A stretch of DNA of 64,000 nucleotides from Leucoraja erinacea. Its lineage: Eukaryota. The position numbers and the translations under genes are program-made. This document shows, one piece after another, positions 62,315-64,000 of this stretch. The notes beneath the pieces are model-generated. The model was not told the DNA's origin and ran no database searches. It saw nothing but the letters and a program-made list of their open reading frames with translations. The stretch covers positions 81,034,001 to 81,098,000 of the forward strand of contig NC_073379.1 in the NCBI RefSeq assembly GCF_028641065.1, written 5' to 3'. The first letter of the stretch is position 1. Every line of letters starts with the position of its first letter.

Positions 62315-63490
62315 TACCCTGTCTACAGGCAGAAACTAAAATCTTTTGAGCATGTGGTCAGAACAATGAAAAGGTGGACAAGCGAGGGTATTGAAAACTT
62401 ACAGTCCTGATTTGCCTGCACTGATTGGAATGTCTTCAGGGAAGCAACCACAAGCCTCGATGAATATACAGACAACGTGACATCATATGTCAGCTTTTGT
62501 AAGGACAGTTGCATTCCCCTTAGAACCCAGATTTGGTTCAACAATGACAAGCCCTGGTTTACAGCAGAACTCAGACAGATCCGCCAATCTAAAGATGAGG
62601 CCCACACGAGCAGGGATGCAGACCTCTATAAGCAGGCCAAGTACAAGCTGAGATGAGGAATCAGAGCTGCCAAAGAAAGGTACTCTGAGAAGTTGAGGAG
62701 CAAGTTCTCAGCTAATGACTCTTCTTCAGTTTGCAAGAAATCACCAGCTACAAGAAGAAAACCCCCCGCTCCTTGGACAATCGTCACCTGACCAAGTTCT
62801 ACTGCAGGTTTGATAAACAGAAACATAACCCTGGTACCCCAATCCGGAAATCTCCAGTGGTTCCTCTTCTACCCTCAAGCTCTGTGCTGAGCAACTGGCA
62901 CCGGTCTACACAGACATTTTCAACCAGTCCCTGCAAACCTGTACTTCCCCTGCCTGTTTCAAAGTCTCCACCATTGTCCCTGTACCCAGAAAGACAAGGA
63001 TTACTGGTCTTAATGACTGCAGGTTTGTCGCACTGACCTATGTAGTCAAGAAGACCCTTGAAAGACTTGTGATGGCCCAGCTGAAAAATATCACAAACCC
63101 TTGGGCTTCTGCAGTTTGCATACCAGGCCAATAGATCAGTGGATGAAGCAGTCAACCTAGGCCTGCACTTCATCCTCCAGCAAGGATTTTGTTTGTGGAT
63201 TTTAGCTCTGCATTTAACACCAATGTGCCAGAGCTACTACACTCCAAATTCTCCCAGTTGATTGTGCCTGAACCCCTCTGTCAGTGGATCACCAACTTCC
63301 TGACAGACAGGAAGCAGCATGTGAGGCTGGGAAAGCACATCTCGGACCCGCAGACCCTCAGCATTGGAGCACCACAAGGCTGCGTACTGTCCCCTCTCCT
63401 GCCCCCTCTCCTGTCCCCTCTCCTGTCCCCTCTCCTTTCTACACCAATGGCCACACCTCCACAGACTCCTCTGCCAAGCTTCTCAAGTTT
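62315..63490 (+). mobile_element. Rex1/Babar-type LINE internal fragment (endonuclease end to RT)
   Basis: [51 protein letters not shown]. Confidence 0.8.
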
Positions 63491-63554
63491 GTTGAGTCAC
63501 GAGTCACGAGTCACGAGTCATGAGAGATTTTAGCCAACCTATTGGTCCTGAGTT

Positions 63555-64000
63555 GAGTCAAGTCAAGAGAGTTTATTAACACGTGTCCCAGATAGGACAA
63601 TGAAATTCTTGCTTGCTGCAGCACGACAGAATATTGTAGGCATAAATACAGAACAGATCAGTGTGTCCATGTACTGTAAAATATATATACACACATAAAT
63701 AAACAGATAAAGTGCAATTACAGTTGAGAGTTTGTTTGAAGTTGTGTTTAATAGTCTGATGGTTGTGGGGAAGTAGCTGTTCCTGAACCTGGATGTTGCA
63801 GATTTCAGGCTCCTGCACCTTCTACCTGATGGCAGCGGAGAGATGAGTGTGTGGCCAGGATGGTGTGGGTCCTTGATGATGTTGGCAGCCTTTTTGAGGC
63901 AGCGACTGCGATAGATCTTCTCGATGGTAGGGAGGTAACAGCCGATGATGGACTGGGCAGTGTTTACTACTTTTTGCAGCCTTTTCCGCTCTTGGATTGC
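63555..64000 (-). mobile_element. Rex1/Babar-type LINE 3' end (runs off window)
   Basis: Reverse of RKRLQKVVNTAQSIIG..CLKKAANIIKDPHHPGH; 3' UTR like 9240-9477; (TTGAC)n tail. Confidence 0.85.

Noticed and set aside
63385-63436. 12-bp tandem repeat extending the RT motif (SPLLPPLLSPLLSPLL)
   Set aside because: Simple slippage in an already frameshifted dead copy
62315-64000. Single twin-primed (5'-inverted) Rex1 insertion
   Set aside because: The 3' tail of the minus-strand piece faces inward (63555), which fits two independent insertions

Overview
Eukaryotic, repeat-dense vertebrate genomic DNA, most likely a cartilaginous fish such as a skate or ray. This is inferred from HE1-like V-SINEs with (TAAAC)n tails, CR1, Rex1/Babar, L1, Tx1, Penelope and DIRS elements. 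Most ORFs in the supplied track are transposon fragments or antisense shadows. The one large non-TE ORF is 40401-42164 (+, 587 aa). It is built from about 40 degenerate octapeptide (xxTPxxxx) repeats followed by an amphipathic-looking C-terminal segment, and it may be one large exon of a + strand gene whose small exons are scattered across the window. Other structures read from the sequence: an end-to-end DIRS1 element with ITR and ICR, a second nested DIRS, a non-autonomous Helitron enclosing the 5' half of a CR1 LINE, a solo LTR with a 5-bp TSD, two Harbinger-type MITEs, Penelope-derived fold-back repeats with hammerhead-ribozyme cores, and a Rex1-type insertion that looks like a haplotype chimera. 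No rRNA, tRNA gene or CRISPR array was seen. TE boundaries are approximate unless termini or TSDs are stated, and no database search was possible.
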